From an uncultured bacterium (lineage in GTDB: Bacteria; JAHJDO01): DNA of 64,000 bases. The position numbers and the translations under genes were made by a program. This document shows positions 51,518 through 62,075 of this stretch, in pieces; positions within the stretch are counted from its first letter, which is position 1; each line of letters begins with the position of its first letter. The stretch is taken from positions 10,967 through 74,966 of the forward strand of contig CAYTGU010000007.1 in the NCBI GenBank assembly GCA_964437505.1, in the 5' to 3' direction. The notes under the pieces are model-generated. The model worked only from the letters and a program-made list of their open reading frames with translations. It was not told where the DNA came from and did not search any database.

Positions 51518-52224
51518 AGAATTCTTACTGCATTCTTTATTGAAGAATTAATTATTAATTCTTCTTTTTTATTTAACTTCATATAGAACGGTTTTTCTAT
51601 TAGTATATCTGTAGCATAGAAAATGGCCATAGCCCTGCAGTTTATGTGTTTTGATGCAGAAAACACGGCAGAACACTCCATATCAATTATCTGTATTCCT
51701 TTTGTCTTGAACAAGCCGATATTTTCTTCTTCCATGTTTAGAGAGCCAACACTTGCGCAAGCAGCTTTTCTTACATACTGGTTGTTTGTTTTTAAAAAGC
51801 TTCCCAACATGTTTTCGTCCGGATATGAAACACTCCAATTCTTGCCACATCCTGATAGCATTTCTGAAAAACTCTCTATTGATAGGCAATTCAAAGGAGT
51901 GATAAGGCTTCCTAATTTGATATCCTTTGTGCTCTCTATAAGGCCACAGGAACCGAAAAGTATTATGTTTTTGCATGAGGTATTATTTAGATACAATACC
52001 GCATCTCCTGTAAGCGCAGCCCCCATTCCTGTTTGTATCAATGTAAATAATTCGCTATTACCTGTGCTGTATAGCTTCCCTTTCGATAACTCTTTTATGC
52101 CAAAGTCTTTCAGAATATCCTTTTTTAAAAAAGGCATAATAATACATGTGCTTTTTATCTTTGATTTTTCTACGCCAAATAATGTTTCAAATTTGTTCAT
52201 GATTTTACCCATATCTTCTATCAT
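51487..52224 (-). CDS. PNP_UDP_1-family nucleoside phosphorylase/nucleosidase-like protein (MTA/SAH nucleosidase or futalosine hydrolase-like)
   Basis: About 245 aa with the IIDMECSAVF active-site-like segment and a Gly-rich GSCG region. It overlaps the downstream radical SAM gene by 31 nt. Confidence 0.55.
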   Translation of the reverse strand: MIEDMGKIMNKFETLFGVEKSKIKSTCIIMPFLKKDILKDFGIKELSKGKLYSTGNSELFTLIQTGMGAALTGDAVLYLNNTSCKNIILFGSCGLIESTKDIKLGSLITPLNCLSIESFSEMLSGCGKNWSVSYPDENMLGSFLKTNNQYVRKAACASVGSLNMEEENIGLFKTKGIQIIDMECSAVFSASKHINCRAMAIFYATDILIEKPFYMKLNKKEELIINSSIKNAVRILCSFIKKLPL

Positions 52225-52309
52225 AAAGAGTGGCGGATGGCAAATTTATTGCAAAGTTCTGCCAGTATGCTAATATACGAGCTGCATTCGTAAATTTGGA
52301 ATACAATTA

Positions 52310-54076
52310 ATGACAAATGACAAGAAAATACTTTTTAAACAGATGAAACAGATACTTTCGGAAACGAAAGTCAAAAGGTGGAAGGATATCTCAGCTGTCC
52401 TTGAATCTGTAAAGAGGGATTCTCCTGAGATTGAGGCATTCACTGACAAGGAATTCCTGAATTCACTTCATAATGGTATTGCGTTTATGACGTACGATTT
52501 TGGAATTGACGGAGTTTCAATTGAAATAAGCAAATATGCTCATTGTATGGAAAAGATTTTTACAGACGCTCATACCACTCCCCCTGTTCTTCATTTTATC
52601 AGCGGCGATTTTCATGACAAAGCAGATAGTGTTCTTAAGCCGTACTGGAATCGCTTCCATATTCGTGAAATGAACGGATGGGCTAAATGGCACGATGGAA
52701 AATGGTTTTCCAAACTTTTCTATGAGGACATTCCCGAAGGCAGTAAAGTTTCCAGTGATCTTGCAGTAGAGATGTGGAGTCAGATAGTCTCTTTTGCAGA
52801 AGAACTCGGCTCCTATGTAGTGGATAAAAACATTGCATTGCTCTTTCCTGTTAATATTTTTTCAAATCCAGGGAACTTTGCTATTGCTATTGCAACTATT
52901 TTAGTTTCTGAATCTCTTGGTATGTATGTTTTGAATTCCAATCATGATTTCTATTGGGAAGGAGGGAAACCTATTTCAGAACGCAACCCCGGAGAAAAAG
53001 CAGGAGTGAGAGATCACTTCTTTAGAAATATTAAGAATCGGGCATTTTTTTCGTTATTTAAAACGCTATATCCATGGAATGGAAAGCAATGGATTCAGGT
53101 AAATATAAATCATAAGCAGTCGCGTTACCTAATTACACATTACGGATTTCCTGAGAACAGGGTGTTTGACTTATCTACTTTTATAAGCGATGAATTTTTG
53201 AGAGAATATATAAAACAAGATGTCGTATCTTCACGTCGGAGAATGACATATATACTTTCAGATGGTAAGTCTAAAATTAGTCCTATTCCGGTTTCAAAAC
53301 ATGTTGAAAATCTTACAAACTGGATGAAAGAACAGAAGCCCACGGTTTGTGGATTTAGAGAAGGACTTGAGCTTGATTTAACAAGCAAAAAGATTATTTA
53401 CTGTCTTCAGCCCACACGCGTGATTGCCAGAAAACGCATTGAGAAAGATCTGCATCTTTTTTCCGCGCTTATGAACTACCCTGATTTTCGCGTGAAATTT
53501 GAAAGCAATAAAGACTTACAACTTGTTCTCCATATAACAGGGCCTGTTCCTATAGAACATCAGGCAGATCTTGAAACTGTTTTAGGAGCTTATACTGATT
53601 TATGCTCAGCATTGCCAAAAGATATTTCTGACCGTATCTTTATCGCATTTTCAGTAGGAACAGAAAAACATCCAAGCTTTAAGGTAAATGGACTAAAACG
53701 CATGCATATTGAGGACATTTACAGACTTGCCACAGTAGTTTTATTCCCAAGTGAAACCGAAGGCAGAGGACTGCCTATTATTGAGTCAAGTGCATGCGGA
53801 ATTCCTATTATATGCAGCCGCTATTATCCTGAAGAGGTTTTTGCCAATGTTATAGGTAAAAATCTTTCTGAAGATAAGCAGATAAAGTACATACCTTTTC
53901 CTGAAAATGATTTTTCTCATGATTTTCTTGGTAAAGTTACAAAGCTAATGTTCGGAGAAAATGAAGAAGAACTTAAAAAGCATAACAGAGAGGCTGTAAG
54001 AATGCGTTACGGCACGGAGGTTCTTGCTGAGACCTTTTATGAATTGCTTAAAACCTTGAAAAAGTCCAAGAACTGA
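52310..54076 (+). CDS. Large glycosyltransferase: ~400-aa uncharacterised N-terminal region plus a C-terminal GT-B (GT4-like) domain
   Basis: C-terminal VVLFPSETEGRGLPIIESSACGIPIICSRYYPEEV matches the glycos_transf_1 E..G..l.EA.a.G.P.i pattern. Confidence 0.55.
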   Translation: MTNDKKILFKQMKQILSETKVKRWKDISAVLESVKRDSPEIEAFTDKEFLNSLHNGIAFMTYDFGIDGVSIEISKYAHCMEKIFTDAHTTPPVLHFISGDFHDKADSVLKPYWNRFHIREMNGWAKWHDGKWFSKLFYEDIPEGSKVSSDLAVEMWSQIVSFAEELGSYVVDKNIALLFPVNIFSNPGNFAIAIATILVSESLGMYVLNSNHDFYWEGGKPISERNPGEKAGVRDHFFRNIKNRAFFSLFKTLYPWNGKQWIQVNINHKQSRYLITHYGFPENRVFDLSTFISDEFLREYIKQDVVSSRRRMTYILSDGKSKISPIPVSKHVENLTNWMKEQKPTVCGFREGLELDLTSKKIIYCLQPTRVIARKRIEKDLHLFSALMNYPDFRVKFESNKDLQLVLHITGPVPIEHQADLETVLGAYTDLCSALPKDISDRIFIAFSVGTEKHPSFKVNGLKRMHIEDIYRLATVVLFPSETEGRGLPIIESSACGIPIICSRYYPEEVFANVIGKNLSEDKQIKYIPFPENDFSHDFLGKVTKLMFGENEEELKKHNREAVRMRYGTEVLAETFYELLKTLKKSKN

Positions 54077-54095
54077 TTATAGGAAGATTAAAAAT

Positions 54096-55220
54096 ATGCA
54101 TATCGGATTTATCGAAGACACACATCTTCACGGAGGGACTCAAATCTGGGTTTCCGAAGCTACCAAAGTTTTCATTAACAAAGGAGAGACCGTTACTGTT
54201 ATTGCGCCTCTTGATAGCTGGGTAGCAAATGAATGTGCTAAAGCCGGAGCGCGTATTATTGCGTATGACTGGGATAGGGTTGTATCCAAAGACGATGAAT
54301 TTAAAAAGATATGGATTGAAGGTCTGAGTAATTGTGACGTGGCTGTTTGTACTGTGCATCCTCCGAGAAATAGCTTCCATTGTTCTGTTTTTGGCGCTGA
54401 ATGCATAAAACAAGCTGGTCTTGACACAATTCTTATACCAAAAACAGGGACTATTGTACCTGAATATCTGAGGGAATTTTATCTTCCTGATGACTCTATT
54501 AATGTAAGAGTCATCAGTATCACAGACTTTACACGCAAGTATCTTGTTGATAATTACAAAATACCTTCTGAAAAGGTTGAACTCATCTATCAGGGAACAG
54601 AAGTTGCCCGTTTTACTTCATCAGATGAAAACAAAGTTGAAGCCTTTAGGCGTTATCCTCTTTGCAGTACTGCCACTCCGGTTCTAGGGTCAGTTGGCTC
54701 TTTTGAAGAAAGAAAAGGACAGTCCCTTCTTCTTGAAGCAGTTGCGAAGCTCGCGACCGGTTCCATCCCCGACATCCACTTGATGCTTGTTGGAGACGGG
54801 CCGGATGAAGAAATGTTGAAATCAAAAGTCAAAACAATGAATCTTGAAAAAAACGTGACATTTTTTCCATTTACCAGTGAACCAAATTATATTTTTGAAA
54901 GAATTAATATATTAGTTCTTCCCAGTCTCTATAAGGAGGGTTTGCCAAATGTCCTGCTTGAAGCAATGTCTATGGGACTGCCTGTTATAGCGTCGGAATT
55001 AGCAGGAGTACCTGAAGTTGTTTTTAATGGAGAAACAGGCTGGATGGTTAAACCGGGAGACCAGAGCGAGCTTATAGATGCGATTGTCAAACTCTCCTCA
55101 GATAAAAACAATTACCTGCAGATGGGCAAAAACGCCCGCAGACTTATGGAAGAAAAATTTGATAAAAGAGTTCAGTTTAATGAATTCCTGAAGTTCTTTC
55201 ACAAGATCACAGGTAAGTGA
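54096..55220 (+). CDS. Glycosyltransferase family 4
   Basis: EGLPNVLLEAMSMGLPVIASELAGVPEVV, and the N-terminal GT-B Rossmann half. Confidence 0.85.
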   Translation: MHIGFIEDTHLHGGTQIWVSEATKVFINKGETVTVIAPLDSWVANECAKAGARIIAYDWDRVVSKDDEFKKIWIEGLSNCDVAVCTVHPPRNSFHCSVFGAECIKQAGLDTILIPKTGTIVPEYLREFYLPDDSINVRVISITDFTRKYLVDNYKIPSEKVELIYQGTEVARFTSSDENKVEAFRRYPLCSTATPVLGSVGSFEERKGQSLLLEAVAKLATGSIPDIHLMLVGDGPDEEMLKSKVKTMNLEKNVTFFPFTSEPNYIFERINILVLPSLYKEGLPNVLLEAMSMGLPVIASELAGVPEVVFNGETGWMVKPGDQSELIDAIVKLSSDKNNYLQMGKNARRLMEEKFDKRVQFNEFLKFFHKITGK

Positions 55221-55256
55221 GTAGAAATAAAGATTTGCAAATAGGAGGATGTCGGA

Positions 55257-56291
55257 ATGGATGACAGTAAGATTGTAGAAGCGGATTTAGGGGCAATTGA
55301 AGAATTTAAGAATGCCAGAGAGAAAATTCTAAGCGAAATCCGCAAGGTAATTATTGGGCAGCAGCAGATAATGGATGAAATTTTAATTGCCATGTTTTCC
55401 AGAGGTCATTGCCTTGTTGTCGGCGTGCCCGGACTGGCAAAAACATTAATGGTAAATACAATCGCGCAGGTCATGGATCTAAAGTTTAAAAGAATTCAGT
55501 TTACCCCTGACCTTATGCCCTCAGATATTACAGGCACGGATATCATGGAGGAGGATTCTCAAACGCACAAGAGGGATTTTAAATTTATAAAGGGCCCAAT
55601 CTTTGCAAATATCGTGTTGGCTGATGAGATAAACAGAACCCCTCCAAAAACACAGGCTGCTTTGCTTGAAGCAATGCAGGAATACGAGGTAACTGCAGGA
55701 GGTACAACCTATCCTCTGGAGCTTCCGTTTTTTATTTTAGCGACACAGAATCCTATAGAGCAGGAGGGCACATATCCTTTGCCTGAGGCTCAGCTAGACA
55801 GATTTATGTTTAATATCAATATAGACTATCCCTCCAAAGCTGAAGAGCAGGAGATAGTCAAATCTACTACATACGAAACTAATACTGAACTCAGCCCTGT
55901 ATTGAACGGAGAAAAGATACTTGAGCTTCAGAGAATCACAAGACGCATTCCTGTTTCTGACCATGTAGTCATATATGCGACAAACATTGTAAGAGCATCC
56001 AGGCCAAAGGATGCTTCTGCTCCTGAATTTATAAAAGACTGGGTCAGCTGGGGAGCAGGCCCAAGAGCTGCTCAGTATCTAATACTCGGGGCAAAAGCAA
56101 GAGCAATAACACGGGGTGACTATAACGTATCCTGTGAGGATGTGAGGAGTGTTGCTGCTCCTGTGCTCAGGCACAGGATTATTAATAATTTTAACGCAGA
56201 AGCTGAAGGAATAGACTCAGAGAAGGTTGTAGAGAAGCTGCTCAATACAATTACAGAACCAACAGAAAAGGATTATGCAAAGCTATCGTAG
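55257..56291 (+). CDS. MoxR-family AAA+ ATPase
   Basis: Walker A GHCLVVGVPGLAKT, Walker B VLADEINR, and the AAA_3 architecture. Confidence 0.9.
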   Translation: MDDSKIVEADLGAIEEFKNAREKILSEIRKVIIGQQQIMDEILIAMFSRGHCLVVGVPGLAKTLMVNTIAQVMDLKFKRIQFTPDLMPSDITGTDIMEEDSQTHKRDFKFIKGPIFANIVLADEINRTPPKTQAALLEAMQEYEVTAGGTTYPLELPFFILATQNPIEQEGTYPLPEAQLDRFMFNINIDYPSKAEEQEIVKSTTYETNTELSPVLNGEKILELQRITRRIPVSDHVVIYATNIVRASRPKDASAPEFIKDWVSWGAGPRAAQYLILGAKARAITRGDYNVSCEDVRSVAAPVLRHRIINNFNAEAEGIDSEKVVEKLLNTITEPTEKDYAKLS

Positions 56292-57168
56292 ATTTCTTGA
56301 TCCAAAGGTAATTGCAAAGATATCCAATCTGAACCTTGTTGCAAAACTTGTTGTTGAAGGATTTATATCCGGTCTGCATAAAAGTCCATATCAGGGATTC
56401 AGCGTTGAATTCTCTGAACATAAAGAATATTCCCCAGGAGATGATCTGAAACATGTAGACTGGAAAGCATATGGAAAAACAGATAAATTTTATATAAAGA
56501 GATATGAAGAGGAAACAAATCTTAAAGCCTATATTCTTCTGGATGCAAGTAATTCCATGTTCTTCAAGTCAGGACATGTTTCAAAGTATGAATATGGCTG
56601 TTTTCTTGCTGCATCCCTTGCTTATCTGATGATTAAGCAAAGAGACTCTGTAGGTCTTGTGGTATTTGATGAGAAAATTAGGAACTATATACCTCCTAAG
56701 TGCAGTAGAGGTCACTTAAAAAACATCCTGCAAACACTTGATAGAACTTCATCAGGACAAAAAACTAATATTAGCAAAACCTGCCATGATCTGGCTGAAA
56801 CAATAAAAAGACGAGGATTGATAATCTTGATATCAGACCTGTTTGACGATGCGGAATCAGTAATAAAGGGGTTAAAGCATTTCAGGCATAAAAAACACGA
56901 GGTCATTGTTTTTCACGTTCTTGACAAGTATGAGACAACATTTCCATATGATAAGCCTGCTGCTTTTCAGGATATGGAAACAAGAAAAACTCTTTCAGTA
57001 AATCCTAAACTTATCCGCGAGGAATATTGGGCGGAGATGGATAACTTCACCAATAAATATAAACGCGATTGTTCTGAAGGCATGATAGACTATGTAAAGG
57101 TGGATACATCTGCGCCTCTGGACGTAGTGCTGTGTTCATATCTTTCCAAAAGAGCAAGATTAGGATAA
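56275..57168 (+). CDS. DUF58-domain protein (vWA-like, MoxR partner)
   Basis: YSPGDDLKHVDWKAYGKTDKFYIKRYEEE is the characteristic DUF58 motif. It overlaps the moxR stop. Confidence 0.8.
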   Translation: MQSYRRFLDPKVIAKISNLNLVAKLVVEGFISGLHKSPYQGFSVEFSEHKEYSPGDDLKHVDWKAYGKTDKFYIKRYEEETNLKAYILLDASNSMFFKSGHVSKYEYGCFLAASLAYLMIKQRDSVGLVVFDEKIRNYIPPKCSRGHLKNILQTLDRTSSGQKTNISKTCHDLAETIKRRGLIILISDLFDDAESVIKGLKHFRHKKHEVIVFHVLDKYETTFPYDKPAAFQDMETRKTLSVNPKLIREEYWAEMDNFTNKYKRDCSEGMIDYVKVDTSAPLDVVLCSYLSKRARLG

Positions 57169-59286
57169 ATGTCAATATTCTTCCTTAATCCGATTTTCCT
57201 CTTTGGTATGCTGTCAGGGCTTATTCCTGTCGTAATACACCTGGTATCAAACCACAAAACCGAAACTGTCCAATTCAGTACTTTAAGATTCTTAAAACTC
57301 TCGCATCTTAGAACAATGACTAGACTAAAGCTCAGACAGATTGTATTATTATTGCTCAGAATCCTTATCCTTATACTCATATCACTTGCAATATCAGGAC
57401 CTGTTGTAAAATTCTCCGGATTTTCATTTTTCGGGAAAGGGAAAGCAGTAAGCGCTGTTATTATCCTTGATAATTCATACAGCATGGCTTATAGAAGCGC
57501 AGATACTCCTTTTATAAAGGCAAAGGCTGCTGCTGTGCAAATATCAGGATCCATGAAAAGATCAGATGAAGTTGCGCTTATCCTAACAAACAGCACAGGG
57601 TATCAAGATAGTCTTGGAGTCTTCTTAGACAGATCAAAGATTCAGGATATTATGCCGGATATTTCATTGTCAAATGATTACGCTGACATTGGAAAGGCTT
57701 TAGGCAAAGCAATAGAAATTCTTGCTAAGTCTGCAGGCCCCAACAAAGAGATATATTTAATCACAGATTTGCAAAAGGCTTCATGGAATAATATAGAATC
57801 ACCTATTAATCTCACCTCTGACATGCATCTATCTCTTGTGAATGCAGGAAAGGAAGATTTTTCTAATACTGCAATAACAGATGTAAAGCTTAAGGTGCAG
57901 AGAATGTCTCTACAGGCGAATGCTGAGATAAATAATTTTTCAGGCTATGCGACAAAAACCAATGTATGTATCTACATTGACAATATGAAAAAACAGGAAC
58001 AGGCAGCATATATAGATGCCAACTCAAAGATTATCCTGAATTTCTCAGTAGACATGGATAAGCCGGGATTGCATCACGGCTATATCAGTATTGAACATGA
58101 CGGACTGAACATAGACAACAGATATTTTTTTACTGTTAATGCAGCTCCTGTATTTCCGGTACTCCTTGTTAATGGCCATAAGTCCGTTTTTCCATATTTG
58201 GATGAGTGCTTTTATTTAAGATCTGCCTTAAGTCCGTCTAAGGGCTCATTATCAAGCATAAAAATAGATGAAACAACAGCAGAAAGTTTCTTGTCCGAAA
58301 ACATGGATAAATATTCTCTTGTTATACTTGCCAATGTAAAGGTTAACAGCCAGAGTATTCCAGACACACTAAAACCATACGTATCTAAAGGTGGAAATCT
58401 GCTGATATTCATGGGAGATAATATTAATATTTCAGATTACAACCGTTTCTTTTATGAGAGTGGATTACTGCCCTCAAAACTTCTTATGCCGATGGGAGAC
58501 GAAGATGACCATATCCATTTTTTTGCATTTGCAAAAGTGCATTATAAAAATAAGATATTTGACATATTTGAGGGAACAAATGTCAATTTGAGTCGTATAC
58601 ATTTTTATAAGATTTATGCTGTACAATATGACCCTGCCATGGAAAAATCAACAAAGGCGCTGGCCTGGTACACGAACGGTTATCCTATGTTCTTAGAAAA
58701 ACAGTTGGGTAAAGGAAGAATCTTTCTGTTTACGAGTTCTCCTAATATTTCGTGGAATGACTTCCCTATTCATCCTGCATACCTGCCGTTTCTACATCAG
58801 ATTATATATTCACTGGAACAAGATACAACTCAGCCGCAAAGTTATTTAGTTAATTCAGCACCCAGGCTTAAGATTCCTCCTGACGTGGAAAAAGTTTCAG
58901 TAATAAGCCCGGATGGTACTCTCTGGCAGACTACATCCATTGAGAACGATACATTTAGCTATACCAACACAAAAACGTCAGGTATTTATCAGGTTAATCC
59001 AGGCAAGACTCTATTTGCTGTTAACCTTGATACTAAAGAGTCAGATCTGTCAAAAATAGACAGAAACGAGATTGACAGGTATATAAAAGGGAATTTGAGC
59101 TTTATATCCGCATTTGATGAGATTATTCCGAGTATGAGGAGAACAAGAGAAGGCGTAAGACTCTCAAATCCTTTACTCTTTCTATTAATATTGCTGCTGC
59201 TTATTGAGGGAATTATAGCTAATAGATTTATTCCCTCCTATGCTGAGCGCAAAAAAATATTTATAGGTGCAAGAACCGTTAAATAG
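57169..59286 (+). CDS. BatA-like protein: aerotolerance-regulator N-terminal TM domain plus vWA domain
   Basis: BatA_N-type N-terminus (FLNPIFLFGMLSGLIPVVIHL...FSTLRFL) and a vWA MIDAS motif (ILDNSYSM). Confidence 0.7.
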   Translation: MSIFFLNPIFLFGMLSGLIPVVIHLVSNHKTETVQFSTLRFLKLSHLRTMTRLKLRQIVLLLLRILILILISLAISGPVVKFSGFSFFGKGKAVSAVIILDNSYSMAYRSADTPFIKAKAAAVQISGSMKRSDEVALILTNSTGYQDSLGVFLDRSKIQDIMPDISLSNDYADIGKALGKAIEILAKSAGPNKEIYLITDLQKASWNNIESPINLTSDMHLSLVNAGKEDFSNTAITDVKLKVQRMSLQANAEINNFSGYATKTNVCIYIDNMKKQEQAAYIDANSKIILNFSVDMDKPGLHHGYISIEHDGLNIDNRYFFTVNAAPVFPVLLVNGHKSVFPYLDECFYLRSALSPSKGSLSSIKIDETTAESFLSENMDKYSLVILANVKVNSQSIPDTLKPYVSKGGNLLIFMGDNINISDYNRFFYESGLLPSKLLMPMGDEDDHIHFFAFAKVHYKNKIFDIFEGTNVNLSRIHFYKIYAVQYDPAMEKSTKALAWYTNGYPMFLEKQLGKGRIFLFTSSPNISWNDFPIHPAYLPFLHQIIYSLEQDTTQPQSYLVNSAPRLKIPPDVEKVSVISPDGTLWQTTSIENDTFSYTNTKTSGIYQVNPGKTLFAVNLDTKESDLSKIDRNEIDRYIKGNLSFISAFDEIIPSMRRTREGVRLSNPLLFLLILLLLIEGIIANRFIPSYAERKKIFIGARTVK

Positions 59287-59293
59287 GTAAATC

Positions 59294-61519
59294 ATGGACT
59301 TGTGGCGACTGCAAAATATAGGAATAGAATTTGAGAATCAGGTAAATCCTTTTTTGCTGGTCGTAATACTCGCCATAGCTGTCACTGCTGTAATCTTAAC
59401 ATATCTCAGGCTTTACTCTGTTCTTTCCAGGAAGCAGACAACGTGGATAATTTTCCTAAGGATTCTTTTGATAATCATAGTTTTAGGCGCAGTATTCAGA
59501 CCGAGACTCAGTTTCTTGAAATCAAAGCTTCAGAAATCCTGCTGTTTGATCTTGTTTGATACTTCAAAAAGCATGGGGGAACGTAGCCCCTTTTCGCCAA
59601 AGAGTAAATTAGAGATAGTTAAAGATACAATTCAGAGAGATAAAAATAATTTTATCAGAAGACTATCTAAACAGTTTATAGTCAGAATATTTGAATTTTC
59701 AAAGGGTTCTGCTGAGATATCTGAAAAAGAGATACCTGCAAAGCTCAGCGCACATGGCAATTCTACAGATATTGCTGCTTCAATAGAAAATGCAGTAAAA
59801 ACAATTGAAGAAAGCCCTGTATCCGGGGTGATATTATTTACTGATGGAAATGATAATGCAGGCAAAAACATAGTCAAAAGAATTAAAAGACTTGCAATTC
59901 CGATATACAGTGTTGGATTGGGCAATATAGAGGCAAATAAATCATTTAAGGATGTATCAATCAGCAATATCAACTCTCCGTCAATCGGGTATTTGGGAGA
60001 AAAGATAAATATAGATATTGGGATTAAAAGTCAAGGATATGAGGGGAAACTGGTTTCTGTTAATGTAGAGCTGGATGGAGATGTGATATCCAGCAGCAGT
60101 GTATTGCTAAAGGAATCCGAGAATGTACAAAATCTGGAAATCGGTCTTATCCCAAAACAAGTAGGCGTATGTAGATATATTGTGGAGATTCCTCCTTTGG
60201 AAGGAGAACTTATAACGCAGAACAATAAAAGGACTTTTACTGTTCTCATAACCAGTCAGAAAATAAAAGTGCTCTATATTGAAGGAGGTCTGAGATGGGA
60301 ATATAAATTCCTTAAAAGGACACTTGAGTCTGACCCGCATATAGATCTTACTGCTTTTATATTAACTTCATCAGGACAGTTTTATCAGCAAGGGGTTTCT
60401 ACTTCTCGAGAAATCAATGATATTCTGCATCATAAGGAAAATCTTAAAGAGTATGACATTATCATTCTTGGAAATATTAAAAACATGTTTGATGAAAAAT
60501 CTGTTTCTAATATTATGAATTTCACCAGAAATGGCGGCAGTTTTCTCATTTTAGGTGGTAAAAATTCTTTTGAAAGCGGAGGATATCAAAGAAGCGAACT
60601 ATCAAAAATATTCCCTGTTGCTCTAAAGGGCAACGGTGAGTGGGAAAAGAGAACTTTTATACCAGTGCTCACACCTGAAGCATCCAGACATCCAATCCTA
60701 AAGAATATAAGAACATTACCTGCTTTATCCGGGTTTAATCTTCTCTCAAGACCTAAGCCTGGGGCTGTAGTGTTGCTTTACGCTTCAGACTTTAAAGTCT
60801 CGGGGAGAAAATGGCCAGTATTGATAGTTCAAAATTATGGAGAAGGAAAATCAGCAACTATAGCAACTGATTCTACATGGAAATGGGCATTTGCCGAAGA
60901 TATTAGTACGTATCAGACATTCTGGGGACAGATGGTGAGATGGCTGTGCTCTGGAGATAAAAAGCCGAAAGAAGGCACAGATCATCTCATCATATATACA
61001 AACAAGGATTATTATGAGCCTGGTGAGATAATTCATATTATGGCATCTGCGTACGATAAAGAATATCGCAGATATGATAAAGCAAATATAAATTGTCAAA
61101 TAATTACACCATTGAATAAAAAGACCTTTCTGAACTTGACTAATGTGGAAGGTAAAACAGGAGAATATGGAGCAGATTACGAGGCAGATGACATCGGATA
61201 TTACCAATTAAAGGCTGCTGCCAAAAGCGAAGACATTTCAGAAGAGAAACTAATTGAGTTTGCTGTTGGCAATCCCTACATGGAAGAGGAAGACATTGGT
61301 TTGAACGACATCCTGCTCAAGGACATAGCGTTATCTACAGGAGGAGCATATCATACACCAAAGAATATAGATGGTATTTTAAATGAAATAAAAGTCAGGC
61401 ATAGACAGACAATCACATCCTACAGAATAAAATTGCACAACTCTCCCTTACTGCTCTTTCTTTTTATCATACTTCTCAGTGCAGAATGGCTTATAAGAAA
61501 AAAGCTGCAGCTTATATAG
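59294..61519 (+). CDS. BatB-like vWA-domain membrane protein (741 aa) with a C-terminal TM anchor
   Basis: N-terminal TM helices, a vWA MIDAS motif (LFDTSKSMGE), and a C-terminal hydrophobic tail LLLFLFIILLSAEWLIRKK. Confidence 0.55.
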   Translation: MDLWRLQNIGIEFENQVNPFLLVVILAIAVTAVILTYLRLYSVLSRKQTTWIIFLRILLIIIVLGAVFRPRLSFLKSKLQKSCCLILFDTSKSMGERSPFSPKSKLEIVKDTIQRDKNNFIRRLSKQFIVRIFEFSKGSAEISEKEIPAKLSAHGNSTDIAASIENAVKTIEESPVSGVILFTDGNDNAGKNIVKRIKRLAIPIYSVGLGNIEANKSFKDVSISNINSPSIGYLGEKINIDIGIKSQGYEGKLVSVNVELDGDVISSSSVLLKESENVQNLEIGLIPKQVGVCRYIVEIPPLEGELITQNNKRTFTVLITSQKIKVLYIEGGLRWEYKFLKRTLESDPHIDLTAFILTSSGQFYQQGVSTSREINDILHHKENLKEYDIIILGNIKNMFDEKSVSNIMNFTRNGGSFLILGGKNSFESGGYQRSELSKIFPVALKGNGEWEKRTFIPVLTPEASRHPILKNIRTLPALSGFNLLSRPKPGAVVLLYASDFKVSGRKWPVLIVQNYGEGKSATIATDSTWKWAFAEDISTYQTFWGQMVRWLCSGDKKPKEGTDHLIIYTNKDYYEPGEIIHIMASAYDKEYRRYDKANINCQIITPLNKKTFLNLTNVEGKTGEYGADYEADDIGYYQLKAAAKSEDISEEKLIEFAVGNPYMEEEDIGLNDILLKDIALSTGGAYHTPKNIDGILNEIKVRHRQTITSYRIKLHNSPLLLFLFIILLSAEWLIRKKLQLI

Positions 61520-62075
61520 AACTTTCTTTATAACATTTCTCTAGTTTTTCATACCATTGGTTGCCAAACATTCTGATAAGGGCTTTCTTACACGTCTGAA
61601 AGACAGGGATTGAGCCTCCTAAAGCTGATTTACATTCAGGATATCGGCAGTATCTTAATGATATTATTTTCCCCAGCCGTATAACCCTTATTGGAAATAA
61701 AGAGCAGGAGATGGGTTTTATTTGAACGGGGTCTATTTTAGTGTTTACACAATAAGTATGAATAGCGCATTTGGTTATTCCTTCATGCTTGTATGAAAAA
61801 ACGCACGGTCCGTTATCGTAAAGAGACTCAACACAACGGCTTCCGCTTCGATATGTTTCTGTATATCCATTCTTTTTTATGAGTTTTATATTTTTACCCG
61901 GAAGATATTGTTCAATCCCTTTTAAATGTTCATCTATTATTTTTACATCTTCCTCAGATATTGGTGCTCCAAAGTCTCCTGTTGCACAACACTCCCCGTG
62001 ACAGACCTCAAGGCAACAGGAAAAATTGGTTTTTAAAATATCCTCGTCAACAACAACTTCATCTACTATTATCAT
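61512..62075 (-). CDS. DUF3109-family Cys-rich protein
   Basis: [24 protein letters not shown] matches the CxGxCCxxGDxGAPLxEEE-type motif I associate with DUF3109. It has about 14 Cys in 187 aa. Confidence 0.5.
   Translation of the reverse strand: MIIVDEVVVDEDILKTNFSCCLEVCHGECCATGDFGAPISEEDVKIIDEHLKGIEQYLPGKNIKLIKKNGYTETYRSGSRCVESLYDNGPCVFSYKHEGITKCAIHTYCVNTKIDPVQIKPISCSLFPIRVIRLGKIISLRYCRYPECKSALGGSIPVFQTCKKALIRMFGNQWYEKLEKCYKESSI

Noticed and set aside
55199-55393. 64-aa minus-strand ORF between the GT4 and moxR genes
   Set aside because: It spans the GT4 stop and the moxR start in antisense. The Ile/Ser-rich translation has no RBS.
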